DNA from: an uncultured Acidimicrobiia bacterium
GTDB lineage: Bacteria > Actinomycetota > Acidimicrobiia > Spongiisociales > UBA4744
Direction: 5' to 3'
Assembly: GCA_964633745.1 (NCBI GenBank)
Contig: CAZWHZ010000003.1
Location: 1,494 to 65,493, forward strand
Length of the DNA stretch: 64,000 nt
Positions 8,678-19,298 of the stretch are shown here, in pieces. The notes under the pieces are model-generated. The model was not told the origin of the DNA and ran no database searches. It saw only the letters and a list, made by a program, of their open reading frames with translations. The first letter of the stretch is position 1, and each line of letters starts with the position of its first letter. The position numbers and the translations under genes were made by a program.

Positions 8678-8835
8678 ACGATCAGGGTAGCTGCAGGTCG
8701 AGCTGCACTCGACGTCGTGGGCTGTGAGTTGCGAGTTCTAGAGCCACTCGCCCGGAGGTCTCTCGGCGTCGACTGCCGCGTTCCCACCGACAACCCGAAT
8801 ATCAGAACTCAGAACGAGTGGGCGAAGCCCGCCCC

Positions 8836-8841
8836 TAAAAT
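8836..8841 (+). promoter_or_regulatory. Candidate -10 hexamer TAAAAT, 7 nt upstream of ATG 8849 (leaderless geometry)
   Basis: An AT-rich hexamer in a GC-rich spacer. No SD sequence lies before ATG 8849. Confidence 0.3.
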
Positions 8842-8848
8842 ACCTGCC

Positions 8849-8950
8849 ATGCTCAACGAAACCATGAAGAGAGTCGTCATCTGGATCATCGTGCTGGGAA
8901 TGGTGCTGTCGCTCACCGTCGGGCTCCTTTCCCTGGTCTTCTCGTCGTGA
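8849..8950 (+). CDS. Possible 33-aa hydrophobic peptide preceding the ThiS-like gene
   Basis: MLNETMKRVVIWIIVLGMVLSLTVGLLSLVFSS. Its stop overlaps the GTG start of the next gene (GTGA). Confidence 0.3.
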   Translation: MLNETMKRVVIWIIVLGMVLSLTVGLLSLVFSS

Positions 8951-9141
8951 AGGTCATTCTTCGGCATCCACGCCGGGAGGTCACGGTTGGTGCTCCCACC
9001 ACCGTCGACCGGATGCTGAAGACCCTCGACATCGTGCCCGAGACGGTGCTGGTCATTCGTGGATCGGACCTCCTGACCAGAGATTCACTCCTCGCTGTCG
9101 ACGACACCGTCGAGGTGCGTCCCGTGATCTCGGGGGGCTGA
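8947..9141 (+). CDS. ttuB: ThiS/MoaD/TtuB-type ubiquitin-like sulfur-carrier protein (C-terminal GG)
   Basis: 64 aa ending ...VEVRPVISGG-stop. The size and GG terminus are typical of beta-grasp sulfur carriers. Its stop overlaps the start of the TtuA-like gene (TGATG). Confidence 0.65.
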   Translation: MKVILRHPRREVTVGAPTTVDRMLKTLDIVPETVLVIRGSDLLTRDSLLAVDDTVEVRPVISGG

Positions 9142-10028
9142 TGCGCTGCAGGGTCTGCACGTCCAGGGCCGCCGTGGAGGTTCGACGACACAACGCGGCG
9201 TTCTGCCGGGATCACTTCATCGATCATGTGGTCAGGCAGGTGGAGCGGACCATCCACGAATTCGACATGTTCGATCACACAGATCGTCTGGTCATCGGCG
9301 TTTCGGGCGGCAAGGACAGCCTTGCCCTCTGGGACATTCTCCACCGTCTCGGATATCGCTGTGAGGGCATCTACCTCGACCTTGGCATCGACGCCTACTC
9401 GACCGAGAGCGGTGAGTACATCGAGCGATTCGTGAAGGAACGGGACTTGATCCTGCGTGTCGTGGACCTCCAGGACGCGTACGGCTTCACGATCCCACAA
9501 GCGGCAGAGTCGACACGGCGCAGCCCGTGTTCCGCGTGCGGCCTTTCCAAACGCTACATCCTGAACGAGGAGGCGCTCAAAGGTGGGTACGACGCACTGG
9601 TGATGGGGCACAACCTCGATGATGAAGCCGCGACCTTGTTCTCCAACGTTCTCAACTGGAGTGTCGAGTACCTCGCGAGGCAGAAGGTGGTCCTGCCTGC
9701 ATCGGACGGCCTGGTAAAGAAGGTGAAACCTCTGGTGCGTGTGGCCGAACGGGAGACCGCTGCGTACGCGGTGCTTTCCGGTATCGACTACGAGGTCGAA
9801 GAGTGCCCGATGGTCGCGGGCAACACGGTCAACCGCATGAAGGAGTGGATGGCGTTGCTCGAGCACCGGTCCCCTGGAGTGACCCAGCACTTTCTCGGTG
9901 GCTTCTACAAAGTGGGCAGCTTCGACGCGGCCCCACCGGTCCTTAGATCGTGCGAATCGTGCGGCCGGCCGACAACCGGTGAGCGATGCGCGTTCTGCAG
10001 GCTGCAAGAGTTGGCTACTCGATCATGA
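9141..10028 (+). CDS. ttuA: TtuA/NcsA-type tRNA 2-thiolation PP-loop ATPase
   Basis: N-terminal CRVC...CRDH zinc finger, SGGKDS PP-loop, CSAC plus ECP cysteines (Fe-S ligand pattern), and C-terminal CESC-x9-CAFC zinc finger. Confidence 0.75.
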   Translation: MRCRVCTSRAAVEVRRHNAAFCRDHFIDHVVRQVERTIHEFDMFDHTDRLVIGVSGGKDSLALWDILHRLGYRCEGIYLDLGIDAYSTESGEYIERFVKERDLILRVVDLQDAYGFTIPQAAESTRRSPCSACGLSKRYILNEEALKGGYDALVMGHNLDDEAATLFSNVLNWSVEYLARQKVVLPASDGLVKKVKPLVRVAERETAAYAVLSGIDYEVEECPMVAGNTVNRMKEWMALLEHRSPGVTQHFLGGFYKVGSFDAAPPVLRSCESCGRPTTGERCAFCRLQELATRS

Positions 10029-10795
10029 TCTTTCGAGCCGGCGATCGCTGTCTGCTGGTGGACCTCCGGGGACGTAGGTACCTGGTCACCCTGAAGGAAG
10101 GGGGGGAGTTCCACTCTCACCTCGGGGCCCTGTCCCATGACGACCTGATCGGAGAGGAGGAAGGCACCCTGATGCCAACCAGCAGTGGCAGCCGGCTCCT
10201 CGCGATCCGACCCCGCTATGTCGACTACGTTCTCAAGATGCGCCGTGGCGCACAGATCGTCTACCCGAAGGATGTCGGACCGATCCTCATCTACGGTGAC
10301 ATCGGCCCGGGGGAGAAGGTGCTCGAAGCCGGCACAGGCTCAGGAGCACTGACGATCGCGCTGGTCAGGGCCGTCGGCTCCACGGGGAGCGTGGTCAGTG
10401 TCGAAGCCCGAGAGGACCATGCTGCGCACGCTCGGAGGATGATCGAGGCGTTCTTCGGGGCGATTCCGGAGAACCTCGACCTTCGTGTCGGCGCCGTTGA
10501 GGATGTGGGTACCTCTGTGTCGCCCAGTCGCATCGTGCTCGATCTTCCCGAGCCATGGCACGTTGCCGAGAACGGCGGTGGCCTGCAACCGGGCGGTGTG
10601 TTCGTCTCCTATCTGCCGACGGTTCCCCAGGTGCAGACACTCGTGGAGACGATGCACGCGTCGGGGGCGTACCAGATGATCGAGACGTTCGAAACCATGC
10701 ACCGAACCTGGAAGGTCGAGGGGAGATCGGTCCGTCCCGATCACCGTATGGTCGGTCACACAGGGTTCGTCACAGTCGGACGCAGGACGCGATGA
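10025..10795 (+). CDS. trmI: tRNA (adenine58-N1)-methyltransferase TrmI (GCD14 family)
   Basis: ORF 9986..10795 trimmed to ATG 10025 (ATGA overlap with ttuA). SAM motif VLEAGTGSGALT. The overall layout is like Rv2118c. Confidence 0.8.
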   Translation: MIFRAGDRCLLVDLRGRRYLVTLKEGGEFHSHLGALSHDDLIGEEEGTLMPTSSGSRLLAIRPRYVDYVLKMRRGAQIVYPKDVGPILIYGDIGPGEKVLEAGTGSGALTIALVRAVGSTGSVVSVEAREDHAAHARRMIEAFFGAIPENLDLRVGAVEDVGTSVSPSRIVLDLPEPWHVAENGGGLQPGGVFVSYLPTVPQVQTLVETMHASGAYQMIETFETMHRTWKVEGRSVRPDHRMVGHTGFVTVGRRTR

Positions 10796-10834
10796 GAGGA
10801 CCCCGCAGGGCCCTCCCACCTGTTGACCGGATCG

Positions 10835-11080
10835 CTACGGCTCGATGAAGATGCACTCGCCCGGGCACTCTTCGGCCGATTCGATCACCATGTCCTCTTG
10901 GCCGTCGGGAACCACAGCCAGGCCCTGAGCACCTTCGGGGTTGCCCTCGGACGCGGCGAAGATCTTCTCGCCTTCCTTGACGTAGGCCAGACCGTCGTCC
11001 AGCAGGACGAATACGTCGGGTGCGATCTCCTCGCACAGGCCGTCGCCCGTGCAGAGATCCTGGTCGATCCAAACCTTCAT
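10835..11080 (-). CDS. Small single-cluster ferredoxin
   Basis: 81 aa: MKVWIDQDLCTGDGLCEEIAPDVF...ECPGECI. The CxxGxxC...CP cysteine pattern matches small actinobacterial ferredoxins. Confidence 0.75.
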   Translation of the reverse strand: MKVWIDQDLCTGDGLCEEIAPDVFVLLDDGLAYVKEGEKIFAASEGNPEGAQGLAVVPDGQEDMVIESAEECPGECIFIEP

Positions 11081-11165
11081 TGTGTAGAAGTCTCCTTATC
11101 GGAACGGAGGCATGATACCCGCATTCGGGTTTGTGGGAGTCTCACCGGCAATTGCGGGCCGGTCG

Positions 11166-11171
11166 TATACT
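11166..11171 (+). promoter_or_regulatory. Candidate -10 hexamer TATACT upstream of arc
   Basis: TATACT lies 10 nt before ATG 11182, implying a very short leader. No clear -35 element. Confidence 0.3.
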
Positions 11172-11181
11172 GCGCGCGGTC

Positions 11182-12876
11182 ATGAACGAGGTGACCCGGC
11201 TCCAAGCGACGATCGCGGAACTCGAGTCGCAGGTCGAGGGCCTGCAGACGTCCGCTGGACGCGCGCATGCGCTGGAACGGCAACTCTCCGAAGTCCGTCT
11301 CCAGCTGGATGACGCCATCTCGAGAAACAGCAGGTTGGCAGCAGTCCTCTCCGAAGCTCGGGAGCAGCTGGCGCTCCTTCGGGAGGAGATCGAGAAGCTC
11401 TCCGCACCGCCCAACCAATTCGGCACGGTCGTGCAGGTCAACCAGGACGGCACCGTGGACGTGATGACCGGCGGCAGGAAGCTCCGGGTGACGGCCCAAC
11501 CGTCCATCGAGGTGAAGCAACTCGCTCGGGGCCAAGACGTGCTCCTCAACGAGGCGATGAACATCGTCGACGTTCGGGAGTTTGCACGATTGGGAGAAGT
11601 CGTCACCGTGAAGGAACGCCTCGAAGCCGGACGCCTCCTGGTGCTCGCGCGTGGAGACGAGGAACGGGTCGTCGAGATCGCCGAACCTCTCGAGAGCAAG
11701 CCCCTTCGGGCAGGCGACGCCGTGCGCCTCGACGGGAGGACAGGCCTCGTATTCGAAAAGCTGCAGCGCCCCGAGATCCAGGAGCTGATCCTCGAGGAGA
11801 TCCCCGACGTCACCTACGAGCAGGTGGGAGGTCTGCGCGAGCAGATCGCAGCGATCCGTGACGCCGTCGAGCTTCCCTACGTCCACAAGGAGCTGTTCGA
11901 GACTTACGGGCTTGAAGCCCCGAAAGGCGTGCTGCTCTACGGTCCGCCGGGTTGTGGCAAGACGCTCATCGCCAAGGCGGTCGCGAACAGCCTCGCGCAA
12001 GCCGTCACGGAACGGACGGGACAGACCGATGTCAAGTCCTATTTCCTCAACGTGAAAGGCCCAGAGCTCCTCAACAAGTACGTCGGCGAAACGGAGCGGC
12101 AGATCCGCTTGATTTTCGCCAGAGCCAAGGAGAAGTCGGACCAGGGCGTGCCCGTGATCGTCTTCTTCGACGAGATGGACTCGCTGTTCCGGACGAGAGG
12201 CACAGGCGTTTCATCCGACATGGAATCGACGGTCGTCCCACAGTTGCTCTCCGAACTCGACGGTGTCGAGAGCCTGAAGAACGTCATCGTGATCGGCGCT
12301 TCGAACCGGGAGGATCTCATCGACCCGGCGATTCTGCGGCCCGGTCGCCTGGACGTGAAGATCAAGATCGATCGACCCGATGAAGACTCCGCCCGACAGA
12401 TCTTTCGTATCTACCTCGGAGATGTGCCCATCAACAGGGACGAACTGGAAGCGTCCGGAGGGGACAGGGATGCCGTCGTGACATCGATGATCGAGCGCAC
12501 CGTTGAACTGATGTACTCGAAGGACGACGAGAACAAGTTCCTCGAGGTGACCTACGCCAACGGTGATCGGGAGTTGCTGTACTTCAAGGACTTCTCGAGT
12601 GGCGCGATGATTCAGAACATCGTCAGCCGAGCGAAGAAAGAAGCCATCAAGCGCGAGATCGATGGCGGCAGTCGCGGCATCCAGACCGGAGACCTCCTCG
12701 AAGCGATTCGAAACGAGTTCACCGAGCACGAGGACCTCCCGAACACAACCAACCCGGACGACTGGGCGAAGGTCTCGGGCAAGAAGGGCGAGCGCATCGT
12801 CTACGTGCGGACGTTGGTTCGTGGCGAGGACAAGTCGAAGAAGATCGAAGCCGTCACAACCGGACAGTACCTCTGA
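11182..12876 (+). CDS. arc: Proteasome-associated AAA ATPase ARC/Mpa
   Basis: ORF 11131..12876 trimmed to [15 protein letters not shown] (coiled coil). Walker [10 protein letters not shown]-terminus ...TTGQYL is the proteasome-docking GQYL motif. Confidence 0.95.
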   Translation: MNEVTRLQATIAELESQVEGLQTSAGRAHALERQLSEVRLQLDDAISRNSRLAAVLSEAREQLALLREEIEKLSAPPNQFGTVVQVNQDGTVDVMTGGRKLRVTAQPSIEVKQLARGQDVLLNEAMNIVDVREFARLGEVVTVKERLEAGRLLVLARGDEERVVEIAEPLESKPLRAGDAVRLDGRTGLVFEKLQRPEIQELILEEIPDVTYEQVGGLREQIAAIRDAVELPYVHKELFETYGLEAPKGVLLYGPPGCGKTLIAKAVANSLAQAVTERTGQTDVKSYFLNVKGPELLNKYVGETERQIRLIFARAKEKSDQGVPVIVFFDEMDSLFRTRGTGVSSDMESTVVPQLLSELDGVESLKNVIVIGASNREDLIDPAILRPGRLDVKIKIDRPDEDSARQIFRIYLGDVPINRDELEASGGDRDAVVTSMIERTVELMYSKDDENKFLEVTYANGDRELLYFKDFSSGAMIQNIVSRAKKEAIKREIDGGSRGIQTGDLLEAIRNEFTEHEDLPNTTNPDDWAKVSGKKGERIVYVRTLVRGEDKSKKIEAVTTGQYL

Positions 12877-12883
12877 GGTTCGC

Positions 12884-14368
12884 ATGAGTCCCGGTCGCAC
12901 CAGCGGGCACCCGACGGTGCTCGGCACCGAAACCGAGTTTGGCATCAGCATCACAGGGCGCACTCAGGACAGTGCGGTACTTTCGTCCGGATTGGTCGTC
13001 CAATCCTCACCTGACGGAACCCCCGTCCGGTGGTCTCTCGGTGAGGAGTCTCCAGGCCGGGATGCTCGCGGGAGGCGCTACACCGTCCCGGTCGACGTGG
13101 ACCCGGACGCACTCAACGCACTCCTACCGAACGGAGCCCGACTCTACGTCGACCATGCACATCCCGAGTACTCCACGCCCGAATGCCTCGGTGCGCGCCA
13201 AGCGGCCCTCTACGACAAGGTGGGGGAGCTGGCTCTCGGCCGCGCAGCTCGTAACACACAGCGTCTCCTGTCGGGTGAGGAGAGGGTGTCGATCTACAAG
13301 AACAACAGCGATGGGAAGGGGAACTCGTACGGTGCCCACGAGAACTACCTGATCGACCGTTCGGTCCCGTTCGGTGACATCGTCGACTACCTCACAACGT
13401 TTCTCGTGACCCGGCAGATCTTCACCGGCTCGGGGAAGGTCGGCGCCGAGAACGGTCGACCCGCAGTCTCCTATCAGATCAGCCAACGTGCCGACTTCTT
13501 CGAGACGCGGGTGGGGCTCGAGACAACGATTCGCCGGCCGATCATCAACACGCGAGACGAGCCGCACAGCGATCCCGATCGGTTCCGCCGCCTTCACGTC
13601 ATCATTGGAGACGCGAACCGTTCAGAGCTTCAGACGTTCCTCAAGCTTGGAGCCACCGCCATGCTGCTCGCAGCTATCGAGGATGAGGTCTTGCCCGACA
13701 AGCTCGAACTGGCCGATCCGGTGGAGGCGACGTGGGGGGTGAGTCATGACCCGGACCTCACAACGCGACTCAGGCTCGTGGATGGTTCATCGGCGTCAGC
13801 GCTCGAACTCCAGTGGCAGTACCTCGACTGGCTGACGAAGTACTCGGAGGCTGCCTCACGTCCCGACGAGGGGGTTCTCGACCTTTGGAGAGGCGTGCTG
13901 GAGGATCTCGAAGTCGACCCTCTCCGGACGGCCGACCGGCTCGATTGGACAGCGAAACTGCGCATGATGCGGGCGTACCAGGCTCGGGAGGGCATCGATT
14001 GGGATCACGCGAAGGTGCGAGCCCTCGATCTCCAGTACCACGACGTCGACCCTGCACGAGGACTCTACGATCGCCTGGTGGCGAGAGGGTCCATGCAGCG
14101 ACTCTTCAACGACGATGAGGTTGCGGCAGCACTGGGGGATCCACCGCGGGAGACGAGGGCGTACTTCCGAGGTAGATGCGTCGAGAAGTTCGGGTCGTCG
14201 ATCATGTCCGCCAACTGGGATTCGCTCGTCTTCGACACCGGTGAAGCCACCTACAAGCGGGTGCCTATGATGGATCCCCTGAGAGGCAGTGCTGAGCGAG
14301 TCAAGAGGGTGCTCGACACTTCGACGGACGTCGCATCCCTGATCAGAGCGCTAGGAAGCGAAGAATGA
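12884..14368 (+). CDS. dop: Pup deamidase/depupylase Dop
   Basis: ORF 12662..14368 trimmed to ATG 12884 with GAGG upstream. [10 protein letters not shown]...[14 protein letters not shown] motifs of the Dop/PafA family. Its position immediately 5' of pup fits Dop. Confidence 0.9.
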   Translation: MSPGRTSGHPTVLGTETEFGISITGRTQDSAVLSSGLVVQSSPDGTPVRWSLGEESPGRDARGRRYTVPVDVDPDALNALLPNGARLYVDHAHPEYSTPECLGARQAALYDKVGELALGRAARNTQRLLSGEERVSIYKNNSDGKGNSYGAHENYLIDRSVPFGDIVDYLTTFLVTRQIFTGSGKVGAENGRPAVSYQISQRADFFETRVGLETTIRRPIINTRDEPHSDPDRFRRLHVIIGDANRSELQTFLKLGATAMLLAAIEDEVLPDKLELADPVEATWGVSHDPDLTTRLRLVDGSSASALELQWQYLDWLTKYSEAASRPDEGVLDLWRGVLEDLEVDPLRTADRLDWTAKLRMMRAYQAREGIDWDHAKVRALDLQYHDVDPARGLYDRLVARGSMQRLFNDDEVAAALGDPPRETRAYFRGRCVEKFGSSIMSANWDSLVFDTGEATYKRVPMMDPLRGSAERVKRVLDTSTDVASLIRALGSEE

Positions 14369-14547
14369 AAGAACAGAGCCGTAAGCAGCATCCCGAGGAA
14401 GACCAACCACGAGAGCAGGAGGTTCCTACGGTCCCGGAGGCCGCAACCGCCGACGATCTCGAGGACCTCCTGGATGAGATCGACGAGGTCCTCGAAGAGA
14501 ACGCAGAAGAGTTCGTGAGGAACTACGTGCAGAAGGGCGGAGAGTGA
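14365..14547 (+). CDS. pup: Prokaryotic ubiquitin-like protein Pup (C-terminal GGE)
   Basis: 60 aa: ...[31 protein letters not shown]-stop. ATGA overlap with dop and GTGA overlap with prcB. Confidence 0.95.
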   Translation: MKEQSRKQHPEEDQPREQEVPTVPEAATADDLEDLLDEIDEVLEENAEEFVRNYVQKGGE

Positions 14548-15305
14548 TCGATCGTCCGACTTCCAGTTTCACCGACCTGCTCGGATCGCTCGGCCTGGAA
14601 CCCACATGGAACTTCCCCGAGGCCGGTCGGGCGGTCGACGTTCCGGTAGCGACCACGGTCCTGGCGCTTCGGTTCACCGACGGCGTGGTGATGGTGGGTG
14701 ACAGGCAGGCAACCGAAGGCCACCTCGTCGCGCATAGACACATTCGGAAGGTGTTCGAGGCCGACCGATTCTCGGCGGTCGCGATTTCCGGGACCGCAGG
14801 CATCGCCATCGACCTGGTCCGTCTCTTCCAAACGGAACTGGAGCACTACGAGAAGCTCGAAGACACTCGCCTGAGCCTGGAAGGCAAGGCGACCTACCTT
14901 GGCCGCATGGTGCGACAGCAGCTTTCACTGGTCTTCCAGGGTCTCGTGGTCGTCCCGCTGTTCGCCGGCTACGACGAGGGCGAGGGGGTCGGTCGCCTCT
15001 ACACATTCGATGTTGTCGGCGGTAGGTACGAAGAACGCGAGTATGGAGCGACCGGCTCGGGTTCCAGGGACGCGAAGGCGTACCTACGGTCGGCGTTCGC
15101 TGCGGATCTGGACGAGGGGGCGGCACTCGAACTCGGTGTGCGAGCGCTCGTCTCCGCCGCAGAGGTCGACACGGCGACGGGCGGACCCGACCTCGCACGG
15201 GGGATCCTGCCCAACGTCGTGACCGTCACGGAGCGGGGATTCGAAGAGATCGACGAGGAGCGGGTTCACGAACTCGCGGCTGCAGCACTGGACGCGATCC
15301 GATGA
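14544..15305 (+). CDS. prcB: 20S proteasome beta subunit PrcB
   Basis: Propeptide followed by [21 protein letters not shown], with the active-site Thr after ...VPVA. Confidence 0.95.
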   Translation: MIDRPTSSFTDLLGSLGLEPTWNFPEAGRAVDVPVATTVLALRFTDGVVMVGDRQATEGHLVAHRHIRKVFEADRFSAVAISGTAGIAIDLVRLFQTELEHYEKLEDTRLSLEGKATYLGRMVRQQLSLVFQGLVVVPLFAGYDEGEGVGRLYTFDVVGGRYEEREYGATGSGSRDAKAYLRSAFAADLDEGAALELGVRALVSAAEVDTATGGPDLARGILPNVVTVTERGFEEIDEERVHELAAAALDAIR

Positions 15306-15976
15306 GCCTCCCCTTCTACGTCCCTCCAGAGCAGCTCGTCAAGGACCGCGCGGAGTTCGCGAGGAAAGGGATCGCTCGTGGCCGTGCGATCGTCGCAATC
15401 GAGTACGACCAAGGGATCCTGGTCCTTGCCGAGAACCCCAGCGACACGTTGCACAAGATCAGTGAGATCTACGACAGAGTCGCGTTCGCCGGCGTTGGCA
15501 AGTTCAACGAGTTCGAAAGCCTTCGGGTTGCAGGCACGCGACATGCGGATCTGAGGGGATACCTCTATAGCCGGTCCGATGTGAACGCGAAGAGTCTGGC
15601 CAACGCGTTCTCCCAGACACTCGGCAACATTTTCACCCACGAGGTGAAGCCGTACGAGGTGGAGATCCTCGTGGCCGAACTCGGCCTGAACGGTGACCCG
15701 AACCATCTGTACCGGGTCACGTACGACGGGACCCTCTCCGACGAACGGTATGTGTGCGCCATCGGGGGCCAGGCAGAAGCGCTCGATGAGTCCCTTCGTG
15801 GCTCGTCCTTCTCACCACAGCCACTGGCGGCGACCGTTCGCCGCGCGGCAGGCGCGTTCACCCAGGTGCTCGACCGGGACGTCGACGGGTGGGAAGCCGC
15901 CGTGCTCGACGCCACGGAGCGACGCCGGACATTCCGGCGGCTCTCCGAACCGGACGTCACTGCTGCACTCTCCTGA
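15302..15976 (+). CDS. prcA: 20S proteasome alpha subunit PrcA
   Basis: [28 protein letters not shown]..., a typical PrcA N-terminus. ATGA overlap with prcB. Confidence 0.95.
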   Translation: MSLPFYVPPEQLVKDRAEFARKGIARGRAIVAIEYDQGILVLAENPSDTLHKISEIYDRVAFAGVGKFNEFESLRVAGTRHADLRGYLYSRSDVNAKSLANAFSQTLGNIFTHEVKPYEVEILVAELGLNGDPNHLYRVTYDGTLSDERYVCAIGGQAEALDESLRGSSFSPQPLAATVRRAAGAFTQVLDRDVDGWEAAVLDATERRRTFRRLSEPDVTAALS

Positions 15977-15999
15977 CCGACCCGGCGTACGCTGAGGCG

Positions 16000-17355
16000 A
16001 TGCAACGCCGCATCTACGGACTCGAAACCGAGTATGGGGTCACGTGCACCCTGAGGGGACAGCGCAGGTTGAGTCCTGATGAGGCGGCCCGATACCTGTT
16101 CCGCCGCGTGGTGAGCTGGGGGAGATCCTCGAACGTCTTCTTGGAGAACGGCGCCCGCCTCTACCTGGACGTTGGCAGCCATCCCGAGTACGCAACCCCG
16201 GAGTGTGACACCATTGGTGATTTGGTGGCAGCCGACAAAGCGGGCGAACGCATTCTTCACGAACTGGTTGGCGAAGCTCAGGTGCGGCTCGGTGAAGAGG
16301 GGATCAGAGGTGAGATTCACCTGTTCAAGAACAACACCGACTCGGCCGGCAACTCATATGGCTGCCACGAGAACTACCTGGTGAAGAGGGAGGCGAACTT
16401 CGCAGCGACGATCGATGCGTTACTTCCGTTTCTCGTGACACGACAGATCTATGCAGGTGCCGGCAAGCTCCTGCGTACCGCCCGCGGGGTTCGATACACG
16501 ATCTCCCAGCGCGCAGAGCATGTGTGGGAAGGAGTGTCGTCGGCGACGACCCGCAGCAGGCCGATCGTCAACACCCGCGACGAACCCCACGCAGACGCTG
16601 CCATGTACCGGCGGCTCCACGTGATCGTGGGAGATTCGAACATGTCCGAACTCGTCACCTTCGCGAAGGTCGGGATCGTCGGAGCGCTGCTCCAGATGCT
16701 CGAAGACGGCAAGACATTCCGTTCCCTCGATCTGGAGAATCCAATCAGGGCCATCAGGGAGATCAGCGCCGACCCGACGTGCAAGCGACGGGTGCGACTC
16801 GCCAACGGCCGGGAGATGTCGGCCCTCGACATCCAATGGGAGTACCTCGACGAGATATCCCGGTACGGTCGGATGCACGGCTTCCCGCCTGCTATCGACA
16901 CGGCAATCCGATACTGGGAGCAGATGCTGACCGGCATCGAGCAGGATCCGATGTCACTTGCCGATCAACTCGATTGGGTGGCGAAGTGGCGACTGATCGA
17001 GGCGTATCGGGCTCGTCACGATCTGTCATTGTCCGATCCGAAGCTCACGATGATGGATCTCGCCTACCACGACATCCATCCCGGTAGGGGTCTGCACCAC
17101 CTCCTCGTGCGGAAGGGACGAATGCAGCGAGCGGTGGCCGACGAGGCGATCGAACGCGCTCGATCCGAGCCGCCGGCCACGACCCGGGCCCGGCTCCGAG
17201 GGAGCTTCATCAGGGCTGCGAAGGCCGCAGGGCGCGACTTCACGGTGGATTGGGTTCATCTGAAGCTCAACGACCAGGCCAAACGCACGATCCTCTGCAA
17301 AGACCCGTTCGTACACACGGATAGGCGGGTAGATCGGCTGATCGAAGGCCTCTAG
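16000..17355 (+). CDS. pafA: Pup-protein ligase PafA
   Basis: ORF 15889..17355 trimmed to [14 protein letters not shown]. 451 aa. Second Dop/PafA-family paralog, located downstream of prcBA. Confidence 0.9.
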   Translation: MQRRIYGLETEYGVTCTLRGQRRLSPDEAARYLFRRVVSWGRSSNVFLENGARLYLDVGSHPEYATPECDTIGDLVAADKAGERILHELVGEAQVRLGEEGIRGEIHLFKNNTDSAGNSYGCHENYLVKREANFAATIDALLPFLVTRQIYAGAGKLLRTARGVRYTISQRAEHVWEGVSSATTRSRPIVNTRDEPHADAAMYRRLHVIVGDSNMSELVTFAKVGIVGALLQMLEDGKTFRSLDLENPIRAIREISADPTCKRRVRLANGREMSALDIQWEYLDEISRYGRMHGFPPAIDTAIRYWEQMLTGIEQDPMSLADQLDWVAKWRLIEAYRARHDLSLSDPKLTMMDLAYHDIHPGRGLHHLLVRKGRMQRAVADEAIERARSEPPATTRARLRGSFIRAAKAAGRDFTVDWVHLKLNDQAKRTILCKDPFVHTDRRVDRLIEGL

Positions 17356-17399
17356 GGTGCTTCAAAGCGGTTCAGCGACCTCCTACAGTTGGCCTCGGC

Positions 17400-18308
17400 A
17401 TGCGACGCGTCATCGAACGACTCCTGAACCTTCTCGCTTTCCTGCTGACCGCAGAGCGACCAGTCACCGCGGAGGAAATCCGTAGGACGGTCGCTGGGTA
17501 CGCGAAAGAGTCTGATGAGGCGTTCCACCGGATGTTCGAGCGGGACAAGGCGTTGCTACGACGAATGGGCATCCCGCTCGAGTTGAAAGCGACGGATGCC
17601 TGGGAGGTCGAGTTCGGCTACACCCTCCGGCCCGACGAGTACCAGCTGCCAGACCCCGATCTCAACGATGAAGAACGGGCCGCCCTATGGCTCGCAGCGC
17701 AGGTTGTACGGCTCGGAGGACAACCTGCGGGACCAGATGCGCTCCTGAAGCTCGGTGGTCTGACAATGGCCGGTGGCGGTGAACCACTTGCCGCCGAGCT
17801 GGGATTGGAGACGGGCGACCTCGAAGCCGCCTTCCAGGCGTCAACGGAACGCAGAGAACTGTCGTTCCAGTACCACGGACGTATCCGGACGGTGCAACCC
17901 ATGGGCATCCTTCATCAGAGGGGACACTGGTACCTGATCGCGTTCGAACAAGGCGAGCAGCGATCCTTCAGAGTCGACAAAGCCGCACGAATGACCATGG
18001 GTGAGCGGCCCGAAGCGTTTGCCCGGCCACGAGGGTTCAGTCTTCGAGACGCCCTGCCGGTCGAGCCCTGGGCGATCGGAGATGCGGATCTCGTCGCGAA
18101 GGTCGTCTTCGACGCCGACACTGCCTGGTGGGCGCGTCGGCAGCTGGCAGGGGAGATCACCGAACTCGACGACGGTTCCCTCGAAGCAGTCGTATCGGTC
18201 GCCAACCCGGATGCGTTCATCGGATGGATGCTGAGCTTCGAGGACAGGGCAGAGATCGTCGAGCCGGAGGAGCTCCGGGCGGCGCTGGTTGAGCGGGTAC
18301 GGCAATGA
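17400..18308 (+). CDS. pafB: PafB (HTH-WYL transcriptional regulator)
   Basis: N-terminal HTH (RVIERLLNLLAFLLTAERPVTAEEI). Position after pafA. ATGA overlap with pafC. Confidence 0.85.
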   Translation: MRRVIERLLNLLAFLLTAERPVTAEEIRRTVAGYAKESDEAFHRMFERDKALLRRMGIPLELKATDAWEVEFGYTLRPDEYQLPDPDLNDEERAALWLAAQVVRLGGQPAGPDALLKLGGLTMAGGGEPLAAELGLETGDLEAAFQASTERRELSFQYHGRIRTVQPMGILHQRGHWYLIAFEQGEQRSFRVDKAARMTMGERPEAFARPRGFSLRDALPVEPWAIGDADLVAKVVFDADTAWWARRQLAGEITELDDGSLEAVVSVANPDAFIGWMLSFEDRAEIVEPEELRAALVERVRQ

Positions 18309-19222
18309 GTAGAACCGCACAGCGGCTGACGAGGATTCTCTCGATGGTCCCGTGGGTGATCGCCCACCCAGGGGCCACCGTCGCCGAGGTGTGCGACCGG
18401 TTCGGCTATACGAGGGGCGAGCTGATCACCGATCTCAATCTCGTGTTCGTATGCGGACTGCCGGGGTACGGACCGGGGGATCTGATGGTCGCGTACGTCG
18501 ACGACGAAGAGGTCGTCATCGACATGGCAGACTACTTCTCACGAGCGTTGCGACTGAGCATGGCTGAAGCGCTCGCACTGCTTGCCTCAGCGGAGACGCT
18601 CATAGCGACCGATCAGGCCCCACCGGCCCTCAGGACGGCGGTGGAGAAGCTGACCAGGGCGCTCGGCATCGAGGCCGATGAGACCCTCGCGATCGAGATC
18701 GACAGCGAGAGCACGAACGTGACGATGTTGCGCAACGCTGCGGTTGAGGGGCGTCTCATCGATCTCATATACACCTCGCTCGGCAAAGGCAAGACCACCC
18801 GGAGGCTCATCGAACCGTGGTCGGTCTTCACAACACTGGGCAACTGGTACGTCTCGGCCTACTGCAGGACTGCCAAAGCCGAGCGCGTGTTTCGTATCGA
18901 CCGAATACGGGGGATGGAAGTGACGGGCGAGCGATTCACTCCCAACGCGAATCCGCCGGCTCCCGAGGTCCGCTACACACCATCGGAAGACGACGTGCAA
19001 GCAACCATCAAGCTCCATCCGCGCGCCGCGTGGGTCGCCGACTACTACCCGGTCGACGTCATCGAAACCGACCCTCTCACCGTCCGGTTCTCTACGTCCG
19101 ATGCCGGCGTCGCGGCCAGACTGCTCGTTCGGCTCGGAGTCGATGCCGAACTCCTCGACGGCACCGAGGTTGCCGACGCCACCGCGTCTCTGCGGCAACG
19201 CATACTCACTAGATACCTGTGA
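18305..19222 (+). CDS. pafC: PafC (HTH-WYL transcriptional regulator)
   Basis: Paralogous architecture to pafB (RLTRILSMVPWVIAHPGATVAEV...). Synteny supports the call. Confidence 0.85.
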   Translation: MSRTAQRLTRILSMVPWVIAHPGATVAEVCDRFGYTRGELITDLNLVFVCGLPGYGPGDLMVAYVDDEEVVIDMADYFSRALRLSMAEALALLASAETLIATDQAPPALRTAVEKLTRALGIEADETLAIEIDSESTNVTMLRNAAVEGRLIDLIYTSLGKGKTTRRLIEPWSVFTTLGNWYVSAYCRTAKAERVFRIDRIRGMEVTGERFTPNANPPAPEVRYTPSEDDVQATIKLHPRAAWVADYYPVDVIETDPLTVRFSTSDAGVAARLLVRLGVDAELLDGTEVADATASLRQRILTRYL

Positions 19223-19298
19223 CCATTTCGCATTAGTCACTACAGGGCACCCCGAGAAGGGCCGATACACGAGGCATGAACGGTGAGCGGAGCGCCGA

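Noticed and set aside
12662-12883. N-terminal extensions of tracked ORFs that overlap the preceding gene (dop 12662, DAGK 22659, rluB 38688, HD 36842, NUDIX 33266 and 25430, gcvH 58909, SBP 52104, and others)
   Set aside because: The conserved protein N-termini begin at internal ATG or GTG codons placed at 1-, 4- or 8-nt stop/start overlaps. The upstream parts are out-of-frame readthrough of the preceding gene.
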